A DNA stretch of 63,765 nucleotides, counting the filler, from Bigelowiella natans CCMP2755 (lineage: Eukaryota > Protista > Cercozoa): the NCBI GenBank assembly GCA_000320545.1. It is 8 parts of 8 records of this genome, joined end to end, with 100 filler letters (N's around TTAATTAATTAA, not from the genome) between each part and the next. Parts side by side here need not be neighbours in the genome. Positions count along the whole stretch, not along the records: positions 1 to 21,257 come from ADNK01002816.1; 7 more parts are not named here. One strand, given 5' to 3'. The notes below the pieces were generated by a model, which had not been told where the DNA came from, ran no database searches, and saw only the letters and a list, made by a program, of their open reading frames with translations. Positions 1 to 11,983 of this stretch are shown in pieces. The position numbers and the translations under genes were made by a program. Every line of letters begins with the position of its first letter. Positions within the stretch are counted from its first letter, which is position 1.

Positions 1-15
1 AAATTTAAAACCTAC

Positions 16-86
16 CGTTCGTCAATAGGAGCAGGCTCTTCTTTCTTATCTGCATTTTTCTTTCCCTTCTTTGACTTTTTTCCCAT
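16..86 (-). CDS. First coding exon of a gene running off the left edge (MGKKSKKGKKNADKKEEPAPIDE...), product unknown
   Basis: ATG at 86 on the minus strand, Lys-rich open frame, GTAGG donor at 15-11; head-to-head with the gene at 1306. Confidence 0.55.
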
Positions 87-1305
87 ATTTTGCTTTCCTG
101 CGTTTGCTCCCTTTGTGCTGTGTTTGTATGACGTAGAGAAGGAGGGAAAGAGGGGGGGATAATGGGGGGGGTGGGGGGGGTATTGATAAGCTCGTTTGTT
201 AAAACCTCATTTAGAAAGAACGTTTGAGTGAAGTAGGAACGAGCGAACGCGAAATCTACTTCCAGCTCCCCAAATTTCCTCGCATCTCTTCAGCGCTAAA
301 GGACCAATGAAGTCCTCGTCCAAAGGGTAGCATAGGTTTGCTGCTTCCCTCCACAGAAACGGCGACAGTTATAGTTTTGTTTTGCAAATGCATTGGGCAT
401 CCCGAAAATCACGTGGTTCCAACCGATGGCCCAAACACCAAAAGGGAAGGGGGGTGGAATCAAACTTCGGGAGTAAGCACCGAGCGAAGTTCAAGCGTGT
501 TACAGGTCAGGATGCAGATATGTCCCTCCATAGACGGGAGGGATAGAAAGAAACATGAAAAGAAAAGTATACGCTAGGAAGTTTGGACACAGGTGCAGGC
601 GCATGTCCGTCATGGTTGAGGCTGTCGAACCTAGCTTGACGGAGGGGGGGTCCTCGGGTTGGTTTGAAATTTGGTCTCAATTTCGATGCAAGATATAGCT
701 ACAATTGTACGATATTTCCCCGATAGTAAATATTCTACATATCGCCGTGCTGCTCCCGACCCAAATGCGTGGGCTTGCGCAGGCGCAACAGATACCGGCC
801 TTTTCCACCCCGGAAACTACCGAATGCAACAAGCGGAATTCGCCTCGGCAAAAAAGTCCGGGTCGGAGTGGGAAACAACGCTCGCGGCAAAGAAAGTTGC
901 GCGGAACACCCTGGAATTTTCGTCGTTCTTGGAGGTTCGGATAAATTTCCCTTGCGCATTGGACAATCATCCATTTGTCCTCTGAGACACGGAAGTTTCC
1001 GCGTCTTTACATAAAAAAGGACATAGTTCTGCGCTATTTCCAAAAGAAAAGGGGGTCTATTGATCGTTTTTACCGAAACGACACCTGCGTGCTCTTGTCT
1101 TTTCATTGTTTTGTGATCTAAAACCATTGTTAACCTGCTGTTTCCATTTTCTATGATTTCAATGAATTTTCCCCCTGCGACACACTTTATGAGATATTTT
1201 TATGTATAAAATTGCAACGTAGCATTCACGTCTATCTGCGGAGTCCAACCCCACCGCCGATTAAGAACTGAAGCAACTTTAGCTTGCCAACCCCTTAAGC
1301 ACAAC
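87..1305. promoter_or_regulatory. Bidirectional promoter region
   Basis: Between divergent ATGs; CpG-rich core with clustered CGGAA and TTGCGCAGGCGCAA at 775-788. Confidence 0.55.
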
Positions 1306-2358
1306 ATGCCCTCAAAATCAGCGGTAGGACGTTAGTCGTATCTTTGCCTTGATATTTTCCTCATTCACATAAACGCGAGGAGCGCATTCGGGGAAGAACA
1401 CCTCGCAACAAACAACGCAAAAATACAAAATGCCACTTCACGATGATGGTTATTGCTTCTAATGCTTCATACCGGTGAAAATATATAGAAAAGAAGAAGG
1501 AGAAAAAAGAATCAAGGGAAGAAGAAGACCGAGCAAGCCAAGGAAACGAAGGAGACAGTACCGGCACCTGACGCTTCACCAGCAGAGGCAAAGACTGTTG
1601 TTACGGAAAAGGATCAAGTCACCTCTAAGGCAGATAACACAGCGCAGGCTGTGACTGGCGTGGAGAATGGCAGCACTCCTAAGAAAGACGGTGAAGTAGA
1701 GGCAGCTAAAAAAGAGGCCGAGCGCAAGGCTAAGGAAGAAGCAGAGGCTGCAAAGGCCGCTGAAGCGAAAAAAGAGGCCGAGCGCAAGGCCAAGGAAGAA
1801 GCAGAGGCTGCAAAGGCAGCTGCAGCTAAAAAAGAGGCCGAGCGTAAGGCCAAGGAAGAAGCAGAGGCTGCAAAGGCCGCTGCAGCTAAAAAAGAGGCCG
1901 AGCGTAAGGCCAAGGAAGAAGCAGAGGCTGCAAAGGCCGCTGAAGCGAAAAAAGAGGCCGAGCGCAAGGCCAAGGAAGAAGCAGAGGCTGCAAAGGCCGC
2001 TGCAGCTAAAAAAGAGGCCGAGCGTAAGGCCAAGGAAGAAGCAGAGGCTGCAAAGGCCGCTGCAGCTAAAAAAGAGGCCGAGCGTAAGGCCAAGGAAGAA
2101 GCAGAGGCTGCAAAGGCCGCTGCAGCGAAAAAAGAGGCTGAACGCAAGGCTAAGGAGGAGGAAGATGCTGCTAAGACAGCAGCAGCAGCAGCTAAGGCAG
2201 AAAAAGAAGAGGCAGCAGCACGCAAGGCCCAGGTCGAATTAGAAGAGGCTAAAAATGATAAGCCACCTACTGCTGCTGCTGCTTCAGCATCCACTCGCAG
2301 CGCTAGACCCAAGGATGATAAAGAACGGGACGTCTGCAACCTTTGCCTGCTGATGTAG
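1306..2358 (+). CDS. Lys/Glu/Ala-rich helical repeat protein with a basic N-terminus and C-terminal CaaX (CNLCLLM); exons 1306-1323 and 1489-2358
   Basis: MPSKSA|GTAGGA...TATAG|KRRRRKKNQGKKK joins in frame to ORF 1651-2358; 20-aa tandem repeat KEAERKAKEEAEAAKAAAAK; ends CLLM*. Confidence 0.8.
1705..2160 (+). repeat. Coding 60-bp tandem repeat, about 7.5 copies
   Basis: Unit AAAGAGGCCGAGCGYAAGGCCAAGGAAGAAGCAGAGGCTGCAAAGGCCGCTGMAGCKAAA visible in register on consecutive 60-nt lines. Confidence 0.97.
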
Positions 2359-2399
2359 CCTCGCAAATTGAGTGCGTGGGAGAGGACAAGAGAGAGCGT

Positions 2400-3060
2400 C
2401 AGCTGATCTACAAAAAGTAATGATGCTTTGAAATTCCGATCAAAAATATTTTAGAACGCATCATGCACACATCTAGATATACAACAGATAGCTTTGGTGA
2501 TGAGATTTGCAAATGGCAGTTCTAGAGTTGTCAGCCGACAATCATCACTCCGGGCCATTGTGCTTAATGCCTGCTAAAAGCATGTCATCACTCTGAATTG
2601 AGGATGATGCATTCCGGGATGGAATCTGTCCTTTCATGCACATGGATCATTCTGTAGTGGGCATGAACGAGAGCGTTCAGTTTGATTGCTGCTGCTACGA
2701 TACATTGTGGCCGACTGAAGCTCCATCTCTTTTCCACTTTTCGCGCCGCGCAGACGCTCCGCGCGTATAGCTAGCATCGATCGTCTAGTTCGTGCATGCT
2801 TCGTAGCTGCTATCTAGCTTGCTAAGCATCACCATCTCATCGATTGCAGTTTCCTGCGCTGTAGTGCATGCACATCGCGCGGCAGTCTATCTAGCGCTAG
2901 CTAGCAGGCAATAAGCAATGCCGTGCGATTCCGGTAGCCACGATATAATGCGATGCCAGCGCGTCAACGTGTCCCACACTCGCTAGCACGGAAGAGCTAG
3001 AGAGGAAGAGCGAAGAGGGGGGCAGGGGGGGGTGGCTGTGGGAGGACGCATCGCAGTGTA
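2400..3060. other. Palindromic-word tract 1 (convergent intergenic)
   Basis: Dense CTAG/AGCT/GCATGC words, e.g. CTAGCGCTAG at 2891-2900. Confidence 0.75.
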
Positions 3061-3105
3061 CAATCAAAATACATGAACACTGAATCGTTTTTTGTTCATT
3101 TTCAG

Positions 3106-3252
3106 TGTGAGGAGGCTAAACCCAAGGCCAAAGAAGAAGCAAAGCCAAAGGCTGCAAAGGCCGCCGCAGCTAAACAGGAGGCTGAACGCAAGGCCAAGGA
3201 AGACACAAAGCTAGATGTATGCACACCCGTGAACGCGATGCAGACACCCTAA
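3106..3252 (+). other. Orphan degenerate copy of the KEAE repeat: candidate alternative terminal exon or small paralogous ORF (from ATG 3073)
   Basis: TTCATTTTCAG acceptor, then CEEAKPKAKEEAKPKAAKAAAAKQEAERKAKEDTKLDVCTPVNAMQTP*. Confidence 0.55.
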
Positions 3253-3338
3253 TCGCATCTATCGAGTCCTTGGAGATGACGATGCGCCTAAAAGGCTTCT
3301 AAACATACACAGTTGAAAAAATTAAAACCCAATTGCAG

Positions 3339-4260
3339 TCAAACGTTTGAAAATGCAAGTTCTGCCAAAACGCCCATTCTAGCCAATGGGAATTTGATCT
3401 AGAAACATGGCCCGAGGGGAGAATGTGGGCTCGCCGGCACCGCTCGTCGTAGATGGCCGCACAAAAACATAACAAAGCTACAATTTACGCACCTGCATTG
3501 ACGCTGTGCAACCGACAGCTTCTGTGCGATATTCTCTGCTTTGGACAGCAGCTCCTGCAAAGGCATATATGTGGTAGCTCGTAAACGTATGACTCATCAT
3601 TTGTAAAGCTATTGGAGAGCTACGGGGGGGGGAGGCGTTTCGACTCTTTTTCCTTGTTTTAGAACTCATACTCCGTAATGCAAAGCGATTGAAATACTGA
3701 TTTGCCTGTGTTCAATACCTGCCGCCTTTTCTCCGCAGTCTCTCCATAAATGTGGACGCCGGAGCGGAGAGGGGGAACTGGCCGTCGCTGGCTGCTCGGA
3801 AGGTGATCGTTCAGAGAGGAGGGGGGAGGAATCACGATGATAACAGAGAAGGCAGGGAGTGTTGGTGTATGATGAAGAGAGAATGAAACACGCATATTTC
3901 AAAACGCATAAAATGGGGAAAGAAGCTGCTGCTCAAGCAACGTTGTAATCGTATTGCCACGTCTGTTCGACGACGCAACAACCCATGCCGTGCGGCCACC
4001 AAGTCACGATTTCTCACAGCGAGCGTGTGGAGGGTGAGGAGGGCATCGGTTTGCTACCATCAACTCCACGCTATGCTATACTGAGATATGTGAGCTTGCA
4101 AAGCAGCAGCAGCAGCAGCAGCAGAAATGAGAGCTTCGATCGTCGTTCTGGGCTGTTGGAAAAAGCGGCTGAATGTCGCAAACAATCTACTCTGCATACT
4201 ATCTTCTTTTGCTACTTCCCCCCCAAACTATACACTATACAACTATAATATAAGCATATA

Positions 4261-4300
<40 letters not shown>

Positions 4301-6335
4301 CAAAGTTACGGGAAAGCCACGTTGCGGAGCGTGCGAATCCAGGCCGAGACTTGCCTCAGGTGCTGCTTCTCGATGACTTTGCGTAGGTCTCTTACGACGT
4401 CAAAAACGGCTCGATTCTCAGGCGTCTCCTCTACGAATTGTCCGCCGCGGCCATTGCCTATCTCGAGCGATATGGACGACCGCGCCCCTCCTCTCCCCAC
4501 CAAACGCCTGGCCGACTCTGGAAGGGAAGAGGAGGGGGTCGGGTGGAAGAAACACACACACACACGCGCGCGCACGCACACACACAGCGCGCATTTGGGA
4601 TTTTGTGGTTTTATATGCGGTGAAAATCTACGGCGGCTGCGACGGCTGCTATGCATAGAGAATCGGCTGGAGAGCGCTCGCCACTACTACTTCGTGATGG
4701 TGCGTCAGCTTCTCCCTTCTCGAAATGCTGCTGCCACGAGTTTGGTCTCTCCGGAGAACAATCCGTGGGTCAATATTATCGAGAGGAGGCTGTTTCAGCG
4801 TCCATTTTCTCTGTATGGCCGCCCTTCTACTACTACTCATACTATTACTACTACAACTACTACTTCCTACCACCGCTACTACTTACTACTACTGCTACTA
4901 CTACTATCACTACCATATGCGAAGTCTTGCCTTTGTAGGTCGGTCTCATTCCCCTCCTTTGCTGTAATCGAAAGCGCATTCCTTTCCTGAGGGGGGGGGG
5001 GGGATGAGGGTTAGGCAGTTGGCCTTTCTCGGTGCCCAAAATGCTCAATTATTTCATTTTGAGTTGTGTTGCGTGCCTTTTCCGCTGCTCTGCTCGACTC
5101 GCCTTCATCTTCATCGTCGTCGGAGAAACTGCCCTGTTTAGCAAACGCACACGCACACGCACACGCACCGCAGTTGTCATCATCATCAACCGATATCATT
5201 CGTTCATGATTGTGTATGCGTGTGCGCGGTATATATGACAGATCGGTGGTTTTGAAGGTTGGCTGTTGCGCACACTTACCCCCCACTCCTCAAGCTCGTC
5301 ATCGATTCCTCCGTCGTCAGCATGGCTTGGAGTTCTTGGATCCCCATCCTCAAACTTAAGCGTTGCGGTGATATCTTCGCTAGTAGCTTCGTCATTCCCA
5401 CCGGAGACTAGGAATCTCACTTCACGGACCTCTTTACTGCTATTAGTATCTCTTCTGCCGTCACCGTTATCATCGTCGTTCGCATCGCCATCATCGTCGC
5501 CATCATTATCATCATTAGGCTGCTCGTCATCATCACCATCATCATCACCCTCCTCATCGCTTACTCGTGCTTTCTTGCAAGGCCGTGGCGTTCTAGAAGA
5601 AAAAGCGGGGGGAATGGGCGCTCCTGTTATTGGATCGATCGTGTTGTGGAGAGCTTCGTATCTTTCCTCCTTCTCCTCCTCCTCCTCCCCCTCCTCTTCT
5701 GCCTCCTCGTCCTCCTCCTTTTTCTCGAGGCCCTTGCCGTACCGCGCATCGTCGTTGTACCCACGAGGTCTTGTATCACCATTCGTCGTCAAAGTAGAAG
5801 CTGAATGGGGCCTCTGGCGTTTATCGCAGCTGTTACCTTTATTGAGGCTCGAGGGAGCGCCCTCCCCCCTCTCCCCCGTCCGGTCATTTCTGTTCTCGCC
5901 TCCTTGTGCACCATCTCGGATGAACCCCCCTTCCTCGCTTCCTCGGCTGGTAGCAATGCCCCCCCTCCCCCCCCCCCCTCCCCCCTTGAAATCGGCATCA
6001 TCATCAGACGAGAAGTAAAGATCTTCGTTGTGAGTTGGAGAAGCGGATGCCGTCGGCAGCGGATGGTCATCGAGGGTGAGGGAATACCGACTAAACTCTT
6101 CCTCTTGGGTGTCTGCTGCTAGTAGGGTTCTCGGTGTTGCCTTTGCGTTGAAGTGAGAGGCGCTATCGACCTCCGTCATGTCTGGAATTATCTGCGCGCG
6201 TGCGGCATTGCGATAGGTGCCGTGGTCATTACGATTGCTGGGTTGTAAATCCATTCTTGCTAAAAACGCTCTACCTCTATCAACCTCCCACCCCTTTGCT
6301 TTCTCCCTCTCTCTCGCTCTCTCTCTCTCTCTCTG

Positions 6336-6376
<41 letters not shown>

Positions 6377-6742
6377 CGAATATGTGCGTAAGCGTTGGTA
6401 TATTTTGCTTGTTTCCGATATCCACGGCATTCAAGACAAATGGCATGAAGTTGTGAAGTCTTGCTAATGCTGTGGTTGTCCCCGCACTCACCAGCGCAAA
6501 GGCGTTCTTGAGCTCTGTTAGCGTTTTGCACATGTTCGGAATCTCGCTGTCTAGCCCCCCCTCGTTCCTAGCCAACTGCACGTATCGATCCAAGAGCAGC
6601 GCCCGCAAATTATTGCGCCTTATCGTGCGCGCCTGGTGTACGTAAACAGACAGGTGTTAAAATAAGAACAAGAAAATATGCTCGTTGTTGCAAATAAATA
6701 CATAAACATATTTATATACATTAAACACACACACACACACAC

Positions 6743-6773
<31 letters not shown>

Positions 6774-7277
6774 GATATGAAGTTTATTGCAAATATTCAT
6801 TGCAAATATAGTTATTATTATTTGTGAGATTGCATTAAGCGAGCACGCACCTGAGGGCCATCATCACGCATCGAAGCCGCAGCAGCAGCAGCGTTTGGTA
6901 TCTCAAACTGAAGAACTCTTACGACGTATCTATTCAATTGATTAGAGGTGATTATTTTTTAGAGCGATAGTAGGTCCGCGAAGCTCGATGCTTCAAGGAC
7001 GTAAAACATTCAGTATGTATGAACGCCATTGAAACAAGCACAAAACCACCAAAAACGACCATTCGATTTTGGCCAAAAGCTGAACAAAATCCGCCATCGT
7101 CGTTGCGAACACCAGCCGACGATCTTGGGACAAATAGTCCGTCCTTTATGCGTGTGTGGAAAAAAATAGGGAATGGAGCTCGTACTGGTAAGCTCTCTTC
7201 AAAGGCATGGCTCCTTCCGTTGACCCAAACAGCCTGTACCATCTCCCCAGGGCCTTCGTAAACATATTGTAGAAAAA

Positions 7278-7313
<36 letters not shown>

Positions 7314-7512
7314 CACATATGGGGTCGCCCATCCAACAGTCAAAATGGATATAGGCTGCTCATCAACATCCCACAAAGTCTGTTCGAAAATCGTAGAAAC
7401 ACAAGCGCGTGTGAATACCGCAAGTCCAGCCTCTCGCAAACACGCAGCCTTGGGCAATGGCAAAGGCTTTAGCTTTGTCCCGATGACCTTGGAACAACAG
7501 CGTGTGTGTCTC

Positions 7513-7591
<79 letters not shown>

Positions 7592-8064
7592 GATGACCTT
7601 GGAACAACAGTGTGTTGGAAGTGCGAATCGAAGGTGGGTTGGAATTGTGTTATTGGGGTTATGAAACGCGAGCAGGTAGTAGTAACGTACCGTCGCGAGA
7701 ATAGTGTGGAAATCTCGGAGAATCTGGAGGCGAAAGCCCTTCGATCGAGTAAAAAGAACGTCGATGATCTGTCACGTTAAGGCGGGAAGTAAGCCTTTGC
7801 GGGGTATCACCTGTTTGTGGCTTTTGGGAGTCTGTCTATCGATTGTGACGCGTAATACGCTCTATGCTAATTACATCAAGGGCGTGCATCCGAAGTTGAA
7901 AGTCTTTGTCTTTCAGCACGCCGATCAGTATCTGGGTTACGCAAAGGCAAACCAACTAACTAACACGGCCCTCCAAAAGACAGTCAAGGACAAATGCATT
8001 CTTAATTCGAGAGTAGGATTTAACATAGAACCTCACAAACGAAAAAACAACGTTTCACTAGGCT

Positions 8065-8097
<33 letters not shown>

Positions 8098-8479
8098 TTA
8101 CTACTACTACTATCACTACTACTACTGCTACTACTACTTCTACTTCTACTTCTACTCCTTAGCTCTCACCTGGAACATGATGCTAGCTGCCCCGTTAACC
8201 TTCCGGCATATCAATTTGATGTCGCGTATTGCCTTTTCTCGGATCTCTTCGACGGTCTGATTTTTGGAAAAATGAGGGTTGAGAAAGATGCCAAGGCATT
8301 GCCTCCGAGTTGCTGTTTGATTTAGTTGAGACCTCCGTGCTAGTCTCTTCTGCGACCGCTCTCGTCCTTTTCCTGAATTCCCTCTTATTACTTTTCTTAT
8401 TATCTCCTTTTCGCTCGACGGTAGGCTTCAAATATCTTCGTAACACCTCCTGCACTTTAACCCGGGCTTCGTAGTCCAT
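3339..8479 (-). CDS. UVSSA: UV-stimulated scaffold protein A homolog (transcription-coupled NER), multi-exon
   Basis: Exons read ILIGVLKDKDFQLRMHALD / QIIDVLFTRSKGFRLQILRDFHTILAT / VIGTKLKPLPLPKAACLREAGLAVF / CKTLTELKNAFALVS / ENRAVFDVVRDLRKVIEKQHLRQVSAWIRTL. These are collinear with the recalled UVSSA VHS-like domain (QIVEELFVRSHQFR, LGTDPAQPLPPP) and central helical region. Several internal exon bounds are uncertain. Confidence 0.8.
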
Positions 8480-9423
8480 CGCAGGGCCGGTGGCGGTCTA
8501 GGCCGAGGCGGTCTAGATGGGGAAGTGTGCAGTGCCTTCGATGTTTTCCCGATGCTAGCTATTATTATCCCCTCTTGCGGGCGATTCCTTGTAAGACACC
8601 AGGAAGTATCTTCATCCGGGAAGTGTAGAGCTGTTCTGATCTTCCGCTTGCGGTCGGGGGGGGGGCCGGTTTAATTCCTCCCACCCCCAAACCGGATGGA
8701 CGGCGGTGGAGAAGGTCTTCGCCGGGTCCGCGTTAGAAGAGAGTAGCTTCGCAACACTTATGGCAACAACGGCCAGATTTTGTTGAATTTTACCTTAATT
8801 TATCCAACCGGAATTTTACCAGCTATTTACTTGCATTCAGCTAGACGTCTAGTGGTTTTCGCTTCTATTCGCAGGAAATGCGCATAGCACGAACGACTTT
8901 CTAAGACGCTCATACATACACGCTATGAAGTTTTGACTGTCTAAAAGTCACAATATTATTGCCGCGGCTTCTTTTTGTATTGGATACCCCACCAATGTTG
9001 TCATTGCCGGATATCTCAATGTTGTTTACTTAAAAACCCTGAATTCTTTTGGAGAGACAGTAAAGATTCAATAAAACTACCAAGTTAAACTGTTGTGAAA
9101 GACCGGTCTTTTTGGAAATAATTTTGAAAAAAAAAATTCGGGAGTTCTTGGATAGGGGAAAAAACGGAAGTTACGCGAAGTAACGTTCGAAAATGGCGGT
9201 TCGATACTCTCCAAGTGTATGTAGTCAGTACGAGGTTTGCGTGCGTTATCCGAGCGAGGGCGCTACACTGTAGAGCGGCGTAGATAAGGGAATTATTTAT
9301 TTAAGGGTTTAAATCTGTTGATCTGCCTGATCTTCAGGACCCACTGCACTTCTCGCGTATTTTGAGCAGGGGGGGAGTGCGCCATACGGAGGACTTTGTC
9401 TAAGAGGCCCTTTGTCAAATACA
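8480..9423. promoter_or_regulatory. Bidirectional promoter region (UVSSA / coiled-coil gene)
   Basis: Between divergent ATGs; CGGAAGTTACGCG at 9165-9177, AAAATGGCGG at 9190-9199. Confidence 0.55.
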
Positions 9424-11370
9424 ATGACTATCACCCCTCTTTGGGAAAAGGTTAGGTTTCAACATATTTGGAAACCAGAGGCTCAGCTTTGATTTCGTAG
9501 CTCATCCACTTCCCCTGTTCTTGTAGATCCAAGCGCATTTAGCCGTCACCAATGAAACGAGCTTAAATTTCACGGTTGGTGAATTCCATTTGATAGTCGG
9601 AATACTCGTCATGCGCAACACACATTTCCTTCAAAGGATGAAAATAGGAATCCCGTAATATCCCTCCGCCCCCAACCCCCCCGAACGCCGTTTACATTGC
9701 AGGATACATTCAAAATGATCTCGTCCTCCAATCTAAACCTATCGGAGAAGGTGAGAATGCGTATGAGAATGGTAAACATAGTCATTGCCATATGGGGCGC
9801 CAACATTGTTTGGTGGTAGAAGTGTGTTTGGTTCCAACTAGTAGACTAATGTTTCTCTACACGCCGACAACAACATTAGGAAATCATTGACATATTCGAA
9901 GAGGCTGGTCACAACCCAAAGAGTGGTGATGAAAAACTCAGGTGATAAGTAGTAGTCGGAGAGTCTTAGCAATGCGATCAACTCGGACAGGCGCAAACGG
10001 TGAAGGGTTTTTTAACTACTCCGTCGAGATAGAAAATTTGCTGTGACAGAGTATGAACGGAGCACTCATGATATGATAGCTCATTTCCTTGACTCATTTG
10101 TTTATCAAAGGGTAAAATTACTCTTCGAGATCCTGATGGAAGATCCGCATAACTGTACGTAGTATAACCTTTCGTGTACCAAACAATACCATAAGATTAT
10201 TTTTTACAATGAGTTAGACTTACGTTTTCGATTTCCAGTCTAAACTTTCCGTGGAATATGCACGGATAGCACCCCCAGCTCAATAGTCCTTTATTATCGT
10301 TCCCATTTTTCTCTCAGGCGAAAAGCTTCTCTCAAATCTCGCTGATGTGCCCTCTCCAGCAGTGGTAAGTCACATACTTTCAGTGTACAATAAAAACAGA
10401 TCCAATGAGAAAGTAAATTTGGATGAAAGCTAAAATGTATCAAAAGATTCTATGATGTGATATACTACTGTGGTGCTGGTAACACCGAACCGGCATTTCG
10501 TCGTCCAAAACCATGATTCAATGCTGAACATCGAGCATTAGTGCTGTGCGGGCTAATGAGCAGCTGTCATCAATACGCATTTCTCTCTTTGCATTCTCCT
10601 GATTCAAAAGCAAAAGCTTCCGCAGTTTTGCTCATGCTTGAACCGAATATGATCTTCTTAGAGTCGTCCACCTGAAAGGGAAGATACGATGTCACCCTGT
10701 ATGGTAAATTACTCGTAGCAGATGCATCTTTAGCGTTTCGTAATAGAACGATTAGCAGTCGTAAAGCGAAGTAGCACGATACGTGCAGGAGGAGTTCTGA
10801 TGAGAAAAAAAATGTAGAAACGATGATAACATACGACAACACGCACCTCTGATTCTTTCAAGAAGCATTGGCCGGGATCTTTCATAGATGCTCGTTTTCG
10901 CAAGTCGCAAGTCGTGACATCTCCGCGGTTAACCGCATTCTGACAAATCAGGAATTTCGGAGGTCTCTGTCTGCTTTGGCAAGCACACAGCGCTTGAGGC
11001 GCTCCATGGGTAGTTGTCGTGATTTGTTGGCAGAGAAGGCAGTTCGTCGCAGGACGAGTAGAAATGTGAAGTCCAACATTTACGAGAGGGCCCACCACCG
11101 TAGATAGTGTTAAAGAAGGATGAATCTGACCAATGCGGCTAGCTTATATCATACAAATTCCACTCAACTTTGTCTCTTAAATCGTGATCTCTTCTCTTCC
11201 ACCTTTTTTGTCAGCCTCGGCATCGTTTGGCCACTTCTCCGATAAAGACCCCGGATCCCCAAGGTGGTCTATTCTGAAATGTTTAGTTTAGTCTTCTTCC
11301 CTCCTTCGTAGCAACCTTTCCATATCGATAACTTTTCTATGCGCTCAAGTTGAGCATAAACGCACGCGCA

Positions 11371-11409
<39 letters not shown>

Positions 11410-11715
11410 GATATATAACTAATCAGGTCTGGAGTCTTGACTCCTGAAATTACGAAGAGGTGAGGGCCGGCACCGTTGACTTTGGAGATACAACAGAGAA
11501 CAACCCACCTTCCACACTCATCATAGTCGATGATGAGTTGGCCAAGCTTCTCATTGTAGTACAAAGGGAGGAATCGTATTGACGGTTTTACCCAAGTGTG
11601 AGGGAAAGTAGCGATGCTTTAAGATTGGGCGATGCTTTCGGAAGAAATTCGATCATCTATTGTTAGTTTCTGGATCATTTATACTGGGGCATATAAACAC
11701 ACACACGCAGCATGC

Positions 11716-11754
<39 letters not shown>

Positions 11755-11940
11755 TATATGATATTTGTGATGTGTATATTTATCACTTCCTTCAGGAAAC
11801 GTTTGGGGGATTTCTTGAGGGAAAATGGTAGCATTGAGAGCTCATCTAATGTACGTTAAATGTCAACTAAAAGAATATAATCTATATCGAGTTTGGCGAA
11901 AAATATAAATCGTGCGGTGTATTGTGTGGGTAAGAGAGAG

Positions 11941-11983
<43 letters not shown>

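Noticed and set aside
671-1127. Several overlapping 80-130 aa ORFs in the first divergent region
   Set aside because: No recognisable domains or splice structure; expected by chance in a GC-richer promoter
1705-2160. Regular repeat array as a possible CRISPR, or a TolA-like gene
   Set aside because: No unique spacers; it is an in-frame coding repeat in a spliced eukaryotic gene, and the TolA resemblance is only compositional
1614-2366. 250-aa antisense ORF (SLALRSASF repeats)
   Set aside because: Mirror of the sense KEAE repeat, whose codons give no antisense stops; no independent evidence
4264-4297. Most dinucleotide runs are about 28-36 nt long
   Set aside because: A uniform cap is more simply explained by repeat collapse during assembly; a biological length limit cannot be claimed without raw long reads
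4127-4990. Long ORFs containing YIYIYI, THTHTH, ERERER or SLSLSL runs, here and throughout
   Set aside because: Read-through of stop-free intronic microsatellites
9197-9290. GGTTCGATAC B-box-like word suggesting a tRNA or SINE
   Set aside because: I could not build a cloverleaf or find an A-box at suitable spacing; it lies in a promoter or 5' UTR
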